The notes: generated from the sequence alone by a model not told the origin. A DNA stretch of 50,756 bases from an uncultured Bdellovibrionales bacterium (GCA_964385515.1 CAYLPD010000003.1:1-50756); one strand, 5' to 3'; counted from the stretch's first letter, positions 17,277 through 25,202 are shown. Translations and numbers: made by a program.

Positions 17277-17765
17277 TTATACTCTCCGTTTTGCGAATGA
17301 TGCATGATGGATATGGCAGAGTGCGATCGCGAGCGCATCGGCAACATCATCGGGCTTGGGGATTTTGTTGAGATGAAGAATTTCTTTTGCCATACGTTGC
17401 ACCTGTTGCTTGTCAGCCTTGCCGTAGCCAGTGAGCGCCTGTTTCACCTGGAGCGGGGTGTAACCGGCAATACTAAGCCCGAAGTCAGCCAAAGTCAAGA
17501 GGAGAGCACCACGTGATTGGGCGACGGAGATGACCGTTTTCTGGTTGCTGAAGAAAAAAAGTTCTTCGAGGGCGGCTTCGTCGGGTTGATACTGCTTCAC
17601 GATCTCCGCTACGTCATCACGGATTTCTTGGAGTCGTTGCTCAAGCGCGAGATCTTTGCTCGTTGAAATATGCCCGTAGGCGATCGCCGCAGGGTTGCCT
17701 TTTACACTTTCGACGATTGCCCACCCTACTGTCGCGGTGCCAGGATCAATGCCGAGGATACGCAT
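17277..17765 (-). CDS. ruvC: Holliday junction resolvase RuvC
   Basis: 'MRILGIDPGTATVGWAIV' is the canonical RuvC N-terminus. The track ORF (to 17831) adds a 22-aa hydrophobic extension that is unlikely to be real. Confidence 0.9.
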   Translation of the reverse strand: MRILGIDPGTATVGWAIVESVKGNPAAIAYGHISTSKDLALEQRLQEIRDDVAEIVKQYQPDEAALEELFFFSNQKTVISVAQSRGALLLTLADFGLSIAGYTPLQVKQALTGYGKADKQQVQRMAKEILHLNKIPKPDDVADALAIALCHIHHASFAKRRV

Positions 17766-17858
17766 AATTGGAGGAGAATTGAGAACGAAGAAGAGTGAAT
17801 ATAGAATAAGCCGAATACTTTTTCTTGTCATTCCCGCGTAGGCGAGAATCTGGGATAT

Positions 17859-18650
17859 TTATTCGCTACCGACCCCAGTAATTCGGGTGGGGGTATCGTA
17901 CTTGCCTTCGAGGGATTTCCAGAGGAGTTCGAAGGTTTCGGCGAGCGCCTCGGCAAATTTTGGTGATTCGATGATGAGGGTCTGGGCACTCTCGATGAGG
18001 CAGATGCGGACAAACTGGTCACCGCAGGATTCGATCGAACATTTGGCGCTGTAGAGGTCTGCCGGCATAAATTTGGCCGTGATGCTGCCCTTTACCGGTT
18101 CGAGGAATTTCGAGAAGGGATCAAGCGAGGGATTATCGACCGTAAGACCGCGGACTTTTGGCCCGTGTTTGGCCTTGTATTCGTTCCACTCGAGAAAGAC
18201 CTTCATGACTTCCGGCGAGGCATCTTCGGCGGAGGCAAAGAACCCGACGATTTCCTTGTCGTGGAGCTCTTTCTGTTTGTATCGATAGGCCTGGCGCAGC
18301 CCGTCGATCCCTTCGAAATACAGGATACTTGGCTTTTCGGCGGTACTTTTTTGGAACGACTTGAGTTCTGGCAGGATTTGTTTCGCGGCTTTCAACTTTT
18401 CTTCCCGCTCCTCGATGAACGATTCTGGCGATTTGGCGATGTAGCGGCGCTTGTCTTCGCCCGGCACATGGACGATGAGGCCTTTTCCGACCAGCTCCTC
18501 GGCGATCACATAGGCGGTCGGGCGCTTGAGCTCGGCCTTTTTGGCGATCTGATAGGGGGTAGCGGGGCCAAGCTGAAGCAAGGCGAGATAGACTCGCGCC
18601 TCCTTCTCACTCAATCCGAGGTTTTTCAGTGGTTCAACAAGGTGGTCCAT
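17859..18650 (-). CDS. TrmB-family winged-helix transcriptional regulator (paralog 1)
   Basis: It has the N-terminal 'LGLSEKEARVYLALLQLGPATPYQIAKKAELKRPTAYVIAEELVGKGLI' TrmB HTH and a C-terminal sensor-like domain. Confidence 0.75.
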   Translation of the reverse strand: MDHLVEPLKNLGLSEKEARVYLALLQLGPATPYQIAKKAELKRPTAYVIAEELVGKGLIVHVPGEDKRRYIAKSPESFIEEREEKLKAAKQILPELKSFQKSTAEKPSILYFEGIDGLRQAYRYKQKELHDKEIVGFFASAEDASPEVMKVFLEWNEYKAKHGPKVRGLTVDNPSLDPFSKFLEPVKGSITAKFMPADLYSAKCSIESCGDQFVRICLIESAQTLIIESPKFAEALAETFELLWKSLEGKYDTPTRITGVGSE

Positions 18651-18788
18651 ACGCTCAGGATACTCTACTTTGATTATATAGTCAATACTATTGACGACTA
18701 TATATCTTATTTACCATATATTGTTTTATATAAAGCAAATATATGGGTAAAAAGAGGGGCATTGTTGACATATATTTAGACGGTATTA

Positions 18789-18817
18789 TTGACACATTGA
18801 CGATTTTGGAATATACT
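18789..18817 (+). promoter_or_regulatory. Sigma-70-like promoter for the 18925 gene
   Basis: TTGACA (18789-18794), 17-nt spacer, TATACT (18812-18817). Confidence 0.5.
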
Positions 18818-18924
18818 ACGGAGTCAAGTTGAGAGGCAGTAATGCTAAAACAACTTGAATTAGTTCTTTGAGAAATCCGCCACTACTGGCGACCGCACCT
18901 CGGGCACTGGGGTAGGAGACTGCA

Positions 18925-19284
18925 ATGAAAGTCGCGATCAATCACACCGTTGCGCAGTATATGGGTATGCTCGCATCGTGGTACTCACACGAGTGTAGAT
19001 ACTGCCGATCCAAGGAACGGCTCCCTGAGATTCCTAGTGAAATAGAGTGGGAATACAGGGATCACCCACAAGGAGGTGAGGTGCTTCACATACAAGGGAC
19101 AACGAGCGGGAGCTATTGGTTTACCGCAGAGATCTATGAAATAGGTGCTGTACCCGAGCCATACACAGAACTGCTAACAGCAGCTATCACCGACTCGTGG
19201 GGTACAAGAACATACACAAGAGAGGAGGTTCTCGCCATAGCAGGCAAGACCAAATTCCAGTGGATGGGCGCATCGAAGACATAG
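18925..19284 (+). CDS. Hypothetical protein (orphan, 119 aa)
   Basis: The ORF is preceded by 'GGTAGGAG' and by a consensus promoter. I recognise no domain. It is divergent from TrmB paralog 1. Confidence 0.5.
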   Translation: MKVAINHTVAQYMGMLASWYSHECRYCRSKERLPEIPSEIEWEYRDHPQGGEVLHIQGTTSGSYWFTAEIYEIGAVPEPYTELLTAAITDSWGTRTYTREEVLAIAGKTKFQWMGASKT

Positions 19285-19735
19285 ACATCTCTCCACGCTG
19301 AGACCCCAGTCTGACAGCGTGCAACAAATAAATGGGGACGCTCGTAGCGAAGAAAAGTACGGGAACGACAGGGGCATAAGAGACTGAAACCTCTGTCAGC
19401 GCTTCACTGGTAGATCATGCGCACACTACCCGTCCGCCCGAACGTGATCGGTGCCTTGGCGAGTGAGAGTGAACCCACCTCCTCGCCATCTTTATCAGAA
19501 TCATCATAATTATGGTGGTTCCGTAGAGATGAAGTTCTTTTAATTCTGTCTCCCCCTGTGGATTGTATACCGGTCAAGTTCTACTCCATGATTGAACCCT
19601 ATGATGACTGTGAGGGCTAGTGGGATAGGCATGAACAAAACTCCTTTGCGATGCTCTTCCGCGTGTAGATGAGACAGTCTGCTTGAGGCAGGTAAGGTTC
19701 CAAGGCCGACCTGAACAAAGCGCCTTACAGATATA

Positions 19736-19773
19736 CCGGATGATCAGCGTGTCATCCGGCTTTTCTTTTTTCT
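19736..19773 (+). terminator. Rho-independent terminator
   Basis: CCGGATGA-tcagcgtg-TCATCCGG followed by CTTTTCTTTTTTCTC. Confidence 0.75.
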
Positions 19774-19832
19774 CAAAACGAAATCTGACCCAATTCAAAA
19801 TCCCACCGCTTTCCTGCTGTCTATCCCAGCTA

Positions 19833-19864
19833 ATCCCATAAACCACGGCCGTTGTTTATGAGAT
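19833..19864. repeat. 32-bp palindromic element, copy 1
   Basis: ATCCCATAAACCACGG|CCGTTGTTTATGAGAT. The left arm is perfect and the right arm has 2 mismatches to the palindrome consensus. It overlaps the first ATG of the downstream ORF. Confidence 0.85.
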
Positions 19865-20462
19865 GGTATACTTAGGAGGTAGGAGATGCTATACAGAGTT
19901 AATGCTCAAGAAAATTGGTCCAATCCAAGAAAAAATCCTGTTGCTCCTTTTGAGTGGCACTGCCTTAAGTTTTGCTGGAACGCCAGCACAGTCATATCGG
20001 ATTCTGCGTGGTATTCCCAAAGAATGGAAGCGTATTAATCAAACTAATTTGCGCCGATCCTTCCGGATACTCTCCACCCAAAAGCTTCTTGAAGAAGTAA
20101 GGCAGAAAGATGGGACGTTTCTCCTTCGACTCACCGCATCGGGGGAAAATCGGGCTAGATATCAGAATATTTTTGGTAAAAAAATTAAGATACACAAGCC
20201 TCTGCGTTGGGACAAATATTGGCGCATTGTCCTTTTCGATATCCCGGAGAAGAAGCGTCAATTTCGTGATATTTTGCGTGAGCATCTGAAGGCGATCGGC
20301 TTTCGGGAATTGCAGCAGAGTGCCTTCGTCTTCCCTTATCCGTGTGAGAAAGAAATCCGTTGTCTTGTCGATCTGTATAGTGCCGCACCATATGTCCGTA
20401 TCCTCACTGTGAAACATATCGACAATGGGAAAGAACTAGAGAAACGATTCTTTCGAAATTAG
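19863..20462 (+). CDS. PaaX-like regulator: wHTH plus Cas2-like ferredoxin-fold domain
   Basis: 'YWRIVLFDIPEKKRQFRDILREHLKAIGFRELQQSAFVFPYP' follows the Cas2/PaaX beta-alpha-beta pattern (xDIP...R...L...G....Q.SVF). The likely true start is the ATG at 19902 (MLKKIGPIQ...), downstream of 'TAGGAGGTAGGAG'. Confidence 0.6.
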   Translation: MVYLGGRRCYTELMLKKIGPIQEKILLLLLSGTALSFAGTPAQSYRILRGIPKEWKRINQTNLRRSFRILSTQKLLEEVRQKDGTFLLRLTASGENRARYQNIFGKKIKIHKPLRWDKYWRIVLFDIPEKKRQFRDILREHLKAIGFRELQQSAFVFPYPCEKEIRCLVDLYSAAPYVRILTVKHIDNGKELEKRFFRN

Positions 20463-20500
20463 CCAGTCTTATTTTTTCCAGTTGCTGTATTTTGCCTGAA

Positions 20501-20532
20501 ATCATATAAACCACGGCCGTGGTTTATGGGAT
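20501..20532. repeat. 32-bp palindromic element, copy 2
   Basis: ATCATATAAACCACGG|CCGTGGTTTATGGGAT. The central 22 bp form a perfect palindrome. It lies in the convergent gap between the PaaX-like gene and yebC. Confidence 0.85.
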
Positions 20533-20588
20533 GTCTATAGATTTGACGGTGAGGATATGGAAAGTGGGCGCGAAGAAAGCGCGGGAGG

Positions 20589-21305
20589 TTAGGCAAGATT
20601 ATTCCACACAGCCTGGACGTCTTGGTGATCCTGAAGTTCTTCGAGGAAGGCGTCGAAAGTGATCTGCGTCTCGGCGTCGAGCGTGATAGTCTGGGTCGGT
20701 TTCCAGCCAAGCTGGGTGGCAGTTGGCATAAGGTTTTCTTTTTCGAAAAATGCCTGCACTGTCTGAAGGGTATCAACTTCAGTGTAGACCGTGAAAACCT
20801 GATCATTTACAACATAATCATCCGCGCCGGATTCAATGGAAAGCTCCTCCAGCCTTTCAACTGATGTTGTCCCGATTTCGAACGCAAGGAGCCCAACACG
20901 TTGAAACATGAAAGCAACCGATCCGGCATTGCCGAGCTTGCCACCCTTTTTTGCAAGCAATGCCCGAAGCTCACTCACGGTCCGGTTGCGGTTGTCGGTC
21001 GTGGTTTCGATGAGGAGGGCAACTTGGCCAGGACCAAAGCCCTCGTACATGATCGATTCGATTTTCTCTCCGACGAGCTCACCGGTGCCACGTTTGATGG
21101 CACGCTCAATTTTATCTTTTGGCATGTTGAGCGCGCGAGCCTCAGCGATGGCGATCTTCAGAAGATAGTTCGAATCCGGGTTACCGCCGCCGCGTTCGGC
21201 TGCGAGGATAATATTGCGGCCGGCTTTGGTGAAGATAGCGGCCCGTTTGGCGTCATTTATACCCTTGGCACGGTGAGTGGTGGCCCAGTGTGAATGTCCA
21301 GACAT
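20589..21305 (-). CDS. yebC: YebC/PmpR-family transcriptional regulator / translation factor
   Basis: 'MSGHSHWATTHRAKGINDAKRAAIFTK' is the canonical YebC N-terminus. The track ORF (to 21374) adds 23 aa. Confidence 0.9.
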   Translation of the reverse strand: MSGHSHWATTHRAKGINDAKRAAIFTKAGRNIILAAERGGGNPDSNYLLKIAIAEARALNMPKDKIERAIKRGTGELVGEKIESIMYEGFGPGQVALLIETTTDNRNRTVSELRALLAKKGGKLGNAGSVAFMFQRVGLLAFEIGTTSVERLEELSIESGADDYVVNDQVFTVYTEVDTLQTVQAFFEKENLMPTATQLGWKPTQTITLDAETQITFDAFLEELQDHQDVQAVWNNLA

Positions 21306-21427
21306 AGCAAATGAGCAGAGAGCAATTAGGAGGTGACAGTTTCTTAGCTTAAGTACGAAATCGGAAATTGGCAAGCCTCAGAGGACCGATTGAGAAGCCT
21401 GTCATGACTGACTACCCAAGAGAGGCT

Positions 21428-22009
21428 TTAAGCCTTCTTGGTTTGAGCAGCACGGACAACGCGGTCAATTTCCTCGTCGCGTTCGGTACGGAGGCGCTCC
21501 ATGATGATGTCTTTCACATGATAGGGGTCTGGTACACGGCGAAAGAGAAAAAAATCTTCTTCTGATGCAGTCTGAACCTTTACATCACCGAAGTTCAGGA
21601 TGGTGGGGAGCATACCGCTTACCTCTGAGGTCACGTCTTGGATTCGCGAGAACTTTAATTCGCTGACAGAACGGACAAAGAGCCCCTTTTGTTCGATATT
21701 GATGACACGCTCATTGGTGATGATCCAGACATCGAAAAAATAGTCGATCCAAATGAGAAAAGCATAGAGCCAGACCATGAGTACAAGTGAATTCTGAATA
21801 AAGAGGATGAAACGGGACATCTCGCTTCCGAGCCAATTTGGATACAGGAGTGGCAGGAGCGAGAGCGAACCAAAGAGCACGGCAATGAAAACGAGGATCG
21901 CAATAAAATGTGTGGCAATGTCAAACCAGTGTCGATGAACGACACGGAGGATCGTCTCGTTTTCGCGTTGACCCTGGAAGTGATAACGATTGAAGTCTTG
22001 ATGGGGCAT
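21428..22009 (-). CDS. Membrane protein with bacterial PH (bPH_2/YdbT-like) domain
   Basis: 193 aa with two TM helices followed by 'WIITNERVINIEQKGLFVRSVSELKFSRIQDV', which resembles bPH_2. Confidence 0.6.
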   Translation of the reverse strand: MPHQDFNRYHFQGQRENETILRVVHRHWFDIATHFIAILVFIAVLFGSLSLLPLLYPNWLGSEMSRFILFIQNSLVLMVWLYAFLIWIDYFFDVWIITNERVINIEQKGLFVRSVSELKFSRIQDVTSEVSGMLPTILNFGDVKVQTASEEDFFLFRRVPDPYHVKDIIMERLRTERDEEIDRVVRAAQTKKA

Positions 22010-22010
22010 A

Positions 22011-22232
22011 TCAACGATTCATCGGGATAAGCAATGTGTCGAGAGGGAGACTGAAAAAGAGCAGAGCGTTGGCCCACAGGAGTACGGCGGTGACGACGAC
22101 GAAGAGTGCGGTCATACCGGTGGCGAGCCGACGATTGAGCGAGTAGCGCGAGAGGTGAAACATGATAAAAAGACTCGCTACGACGATGCCAAAGAAAAAA
22201 ATAAGATAGGTGATGCCGAAGAAAAGCTGCAT
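22011..22232 (-). CDS. Small two-TM membrane protein (hypothetical)
   Basis: 73-aa, very hydrophobic ORF. Its stop codon is 1 nt from the start of the PH-domain gene, which suggests translational coupling. Confidence 0.45.
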   Translation of the reverse strand: MQLFFGITYLIFFFGIVVASLFIMFHLSRYSLNRRLATGMTALFVVVTAVLLWANALLFFSLPLDTLLIPMNR

Positions 22233-22324
22233 GTGTTTTATTTTCTCTAGTATACCATCATCCGCTAGCGAACAACCTCAGCAGCGCATTGCCCCTGCAG
22301 TGCCATTGAATCAGAGTGCGGACT

Positions 22325-22353
22325 TTGACAGTATGCGAAAGATACTGTATACT
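22325..22353 (+). promoter_or_regulatory. Sigma-70-like promoter
   Basis: TTGACA (22325-22330), 17-nt spacer, TATACT (22348-22353). It leaves a leader of about 190 nt before the ATG at 22549. Confidence 0.5.
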
Positions 22354-22548
22354 GTGCCTTTGTTATTTACCCTTTACGTATTCCATTACGACTCACTGAA
22401 AAGGCTTGCTTCAGTGGTTGAAATCATCTGACGCCTCCCTCTCAAAGCTCTCCCAACTGAGATTTTTGAAAGGGAATGGGTCCCTGGTTGTACTTTAATT
22501 GTCGCTTGGCGACACCTGCACCTCGGGGTTCTGGGGTGGGAGAAAAAG

Positions 22549-23274
22549 ATGAAAAAAGTGATAGCTGTTCTGGCCGTGGCGATTATGTTGTTTGGTACAG
22601 GGGCGACATGGGCTGCCTCCTCCGTGCTTGTATACGGAGGGGTGATGAACAAATATGTTATTGGCAATGGGATCATCTCAGCCAAAGATCCAGTTGCACA
22701 GGGTGGAGTGAAGTTCTCATTCGAGAACGGAACCTATCTTGACCTCTGGCTATCACGTCGATTTTCAGATGCCGAGGGCAATGCCTATGGCAATGAGAGC
22801 GACCTGACGCTTGGCTGGAGTGGTGCAGTCGGGAGTGTATCTGTCGACACGGGTGTCGCCGTCTTCAATCTTTATCCCACGACTCGTGTTGATCGGAACG
22901 ACGTCACTCAACTGTTTGCTGAGGTGTTACCGAAAACCGCCTGGATGATTGGGACGACGACATTGTCACCCTATGTCCGGTTGGAAGTAGTCAGCTCGAC
23001 CGGCATGGGATTCAGAAATGAGCCCATCTACTTCGTTGGGTTGCGGCACACATGGCCAGCGACAGGAAGGCTTTCTGTTCTGCAGCGGCTACAGATCTCG
23101 GAACAGCCAGACTTACCAGGTGTATCGGGTGGTGTGGTTGTTTCGTACAAGCTCCAGGTGCCGTATACCATCGGCGGTATCACGGTGACCCCATTGTATG
23201 AGCGGATTCACCCCATCATCAATGGTCGTCCGAAGAGCAATATCTTGGGTTTGCAGTTTGCTCGTGCGTTTTGA
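22549..23274 (+). CDS. Secreted beta-rich protein, Gcw_chp (TIGR02001)-like putative beta-barrel
   Basis: It has a signal peptide (MKKVIAVLAVAIMLFGTGATWAASS). 'PVAQGGVKFSFENGTYLDLWLS...ESDLTLGW' follows the Gcw_chp pattern. There are alternating beta-strand-like segments and a C-terminal '...FARAF' aromatic end. Confidence 0.45.
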   Translation: MKKVIAVLAVAIMLFGTGATWAASSVLVYGGVMNKYVIGNGIISAKDPVAQGGVKFSFENGTYLDLWLSRRFSDAEGNAYGNESDLTLGWSGAVGSVSVDTGVAVFNLYPTTRVDRNDVTQLFAEVLPKTAWMIGTTTLSPYVRLEVVSSTGMGFRNEPIYFVGLRHTWPATGRLSVLQRLQISEQPDLPGVSGGVVVSYKLQVPYTIGGITVTPLYERIHPIINGRPKSNILGLQFARAF

Positions 23275-23283
23275 CTGAAAAAA

Positions 23284-23319
23284 AGAGGCCGGGGCTTGTA
23301 CGGAACACCGTATGAGCCT
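23284..23319. terminator. Possible bidirectional terminator hairpin (convergent genes)
   Basis: GAGGC ... GCCTC encloses TACGG-aaca-CCGTA. It is flanked by an A-run upstream and GTTTTCG downstream. Confidence 0.35.
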
Positions 23320-23337
23320 CGTTTTCGTATCTGAAAC

Positions 23338-24348
23338 TTATAGTAACTTTTCCTCGATACCAAACGGTGGTTCAAGACCAAGGTGACGATAGCCTTCGGG
23401 CGTGACGATGCGGCCGCGCGGTGTGCGGGCGAGGAAACCGATCTGAATCAGATAGGGTTCGATGACATCCTCGATAGTGTGCATTTCTTCACTGGTGACA
23501 GCCGAAATTGCTTGGAGGCCGGCGGGACCACCCTTGAAGCGGTCGACAATAGCCTGGAGCACAGCACGGTCGGCAGGTTCAAGGCCGAGTCGGTCGATCT
23601 CGAATAGGGCAAGAGCCTCACTCGCGATAGTCTGAGTGATGAGGCCGTCGTGATGTACCTCGGCATAGTCGCGGACGCGCTTCAAGATGCGGTTGGCAAC
23701 GCGCGGAGTGCGGCGACTCGCTCCAGAGATCTCTCTTGCACCCATTTCATCAAGCATGACACCGAGGATACCGGCAGAGCGTTGAACGATCTGCTCAATT
23801 TCGTTGGCATTGTAAAACTCGAGTCGGTGAATAGAACCGAAGCGGTTTCGGAGCGGATTGGTGAGCGCTCCGAGCCGAGTGGTAGCGCCGATGAGGGTGA
23901 AACGCGGGAGGTCGAGCTGAATTGTGCGTGCAGCGGGTCCTTTGCCGATGATGATGTCGAGTTTATAGTCCTCCATCGCTGGGTAGAGTACTTCTTCAAT
24001 TGATTTGTTTAACCGATGGATCTCATCGATGAAGAGTACGTCGCCTGGCTCGAGATTGGTGAGGATGCTACCGAGATCACCGACGCGCTCAATGGCTGGT
24101 CCCGAAGTGACCTTGATACCCGCGCCCATTTCGCGGGCGATAATATGCGCGAGAGTAGTCTTGCCCAAACCGGCAGGGCCGTAGAGGAGTACATGGTCAA
24201 TTGCTTCACCGCGTTGTTTGGCAGCCTGGATGAATATCTCGAGGTTTTGCTTGGTTTTTTCTTGACCAATATATTCATCGAACCCTCGAGGACGGAGTGT
24301 GTTCTCGATAACGACATCTTCTTCTGTATGTTCGGTTGTGTTGAGCAT
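23338..24348 (-). CDS. ruvB: Holliday junction branch-migration ATPase RuvB
   Basis: '[14 protein letters not shown]', Walker A 'GPAGLGKTT' and '[11 protein letters not shown]', at a typical RuvB length (336 aa). Confidence 0.95.
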   Translation of the reverse strand: MLNTTEHTEEDVVIENTLRPRGFDEYIGQEKTKQNLEIFIQAAKQRGEAIDHVLLYGPAGLGKTTLAHIIAREMGAGIKVTSGPAIERVGDLGSILTNLEPGDVLFIDEIHRLNKSIEEVLYPAMEDYKLDIIIGKGPAARTIQLDLPRFTLIGATTRLGALTNPLRNRFGSIHRLEFYNANEIEQIVQRSAGILGVMLDEMGAREISGASRRTPRVANRILKRVRDYAEVHHDGLITQTIASEALALFEIDRLGLEPADRAVLQAIVDRFKGGPAGLQAISAVTSEEMHTIEDVIEPYLIQIGFLARTPRGRIVTPEGYRHLGLEPPFGIEEKLL

Positions 24349-24520
24349 AGTGGCGAATTTTCAAATTCTCAATTCAGAACAAAGTCGTATGATCTCGCAA
24401 TCAAGTGTCTATTTTAAAACTCGAAAGTCTAACTTGGCATTTCTTCTTTCTATTCTATCATTCATCGCCTGGTTCTGGCAGACAGAATATTATGGCTTAA
24501 AAAAGGGAAAAAATGTATAC

Positions 24521-24549
24521 TTGACAGTCTTGCTGAGACATGCTATCCT
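24521..24549 (+). promoter_or_regulatory. Sigma-70-like promoter for the SemiSWEET leader
   Basis: TTGACA (24521-24526), 17-nt spacer, TATCCT (24544-24549) with a TG at the extended -10 position. Confidence 0.45.
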
Positions 24550-24641
24550 GCTCCTTCAAACAAAAAAGGAGAAATAACAAAAAAGGAGAAATTCAGACCG
24601 GCCGACGCCGTTTTTTGTTGCCTCCATGTCCTTTCGAAATT

Positions 24642-24820
24642 CCTCACATGTAGACAACTGGAGAGTTCTATCTTTTCTCTTCAGCTTAGGAGGGGTCTCG
24701 CTTCGGCGATAGTCAAGATCGGGTAGGGTGGTTTCGGCTGCGCTATACCTCGACACCAATCCATACCCCGGGCTCCCATGCTCAGGGACTTGTCTACAGG
24801 TGAGGGATTTTTTTTCTTTT
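24642..24820 (+). promoter_or_regulatory. Candidate structured cis-regulatory RNA / attenuator
   Basis: CCTCACATGTAGACAA (24642-24657) pairs with TTGTCTACAGGTGAGG (24790-24805), 15 of 16 bp. The helix encloses 132 nt containing local hairpins, including a UUCG-capped TCGC/GCGA stem. It is followed by T8-C-T4 (24808-24820), 35 nt upstream of the SemiSWEET start. Confidence 0.45.
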
Positions 24821-24854
24821 ACAATGAAGCGTCCGAGCACACGGAAAGGATATC

Positions 24855-25121
24855 GTGGAAGCACTCATTCGTATTGTCGATCTCGCCGTCCTCGGGGTGA
24901 GTCTTCTCGTTTGGGCGGTATTTATTCCCCAGATCCGGCTCCTTTATCGGGCGAAGAAGTCCGAAGGTCTTTCGCTTGCCACAGTCTGGGGCTCATTTAC
25001 CGTTCAATCGCTCATTTGGCTTCAGTCTTTGTTGAAACAGAACTGGCCAGTGCTTGTGGTCATGACGATGAGCGTTATTTGTCTCGTCATCATTCTTGTT
25101 CTTGCGTACCGGTATCGATAG
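24855..25121 (+). CDS. SemiSWEET / PQ-loop family transporter
   Basis: 88 aa with 3 TM helices and the PQ motif 'FIPQIRLLYRAKKSEGLSL'. It has a GTG start. Confidence 0.65.
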   Translation: MEALIRIVDLAVLGVSLLVWAVFIPQIRLLYRAKKSEGLSLATVWGSFTVQSLIWLQSLLKQNWPVLVVMTMSVICLVIILVLAYRYR

Positions 25122-25202
25122 CCGCGTACTAGCAATAAAGCCCGAGTAGTCAAACGACTGCCCGGGCTTTGAAGTTTTTGATTCTTTCAGAATGATTTGC
25201 GA

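Noticed and set aside
19574-19846. A 90-aa minus-strand ORF in the non-coding stretch.
   Set aside because: It has no SD and an odd composition, and it runs through a plus-strand terminator and into the palindromic element. I treat the region as non-coding.
19833-20532. The palindromes interpreted as integron attC sites or MITE ends.
   Set aside because: The arms do not fit the attC core consensus (RYYYAAC...GTTRRRY). No integrase or target-site duplication is visible. With only two copies in view, mobility cannot be supported, so they are reported only as a repeat/operator candidate.
24560-24592. A tandem 16-nt repeat (ACAAAAAAGGAGAAAT x2), considered as a possible CRISPR or minisatellite.
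   Set aside because: There are only two adjacent copies with a 1-nt spacer, and there are no spacers or cas genes. It is better explained as part of the SemiSWEET leader.
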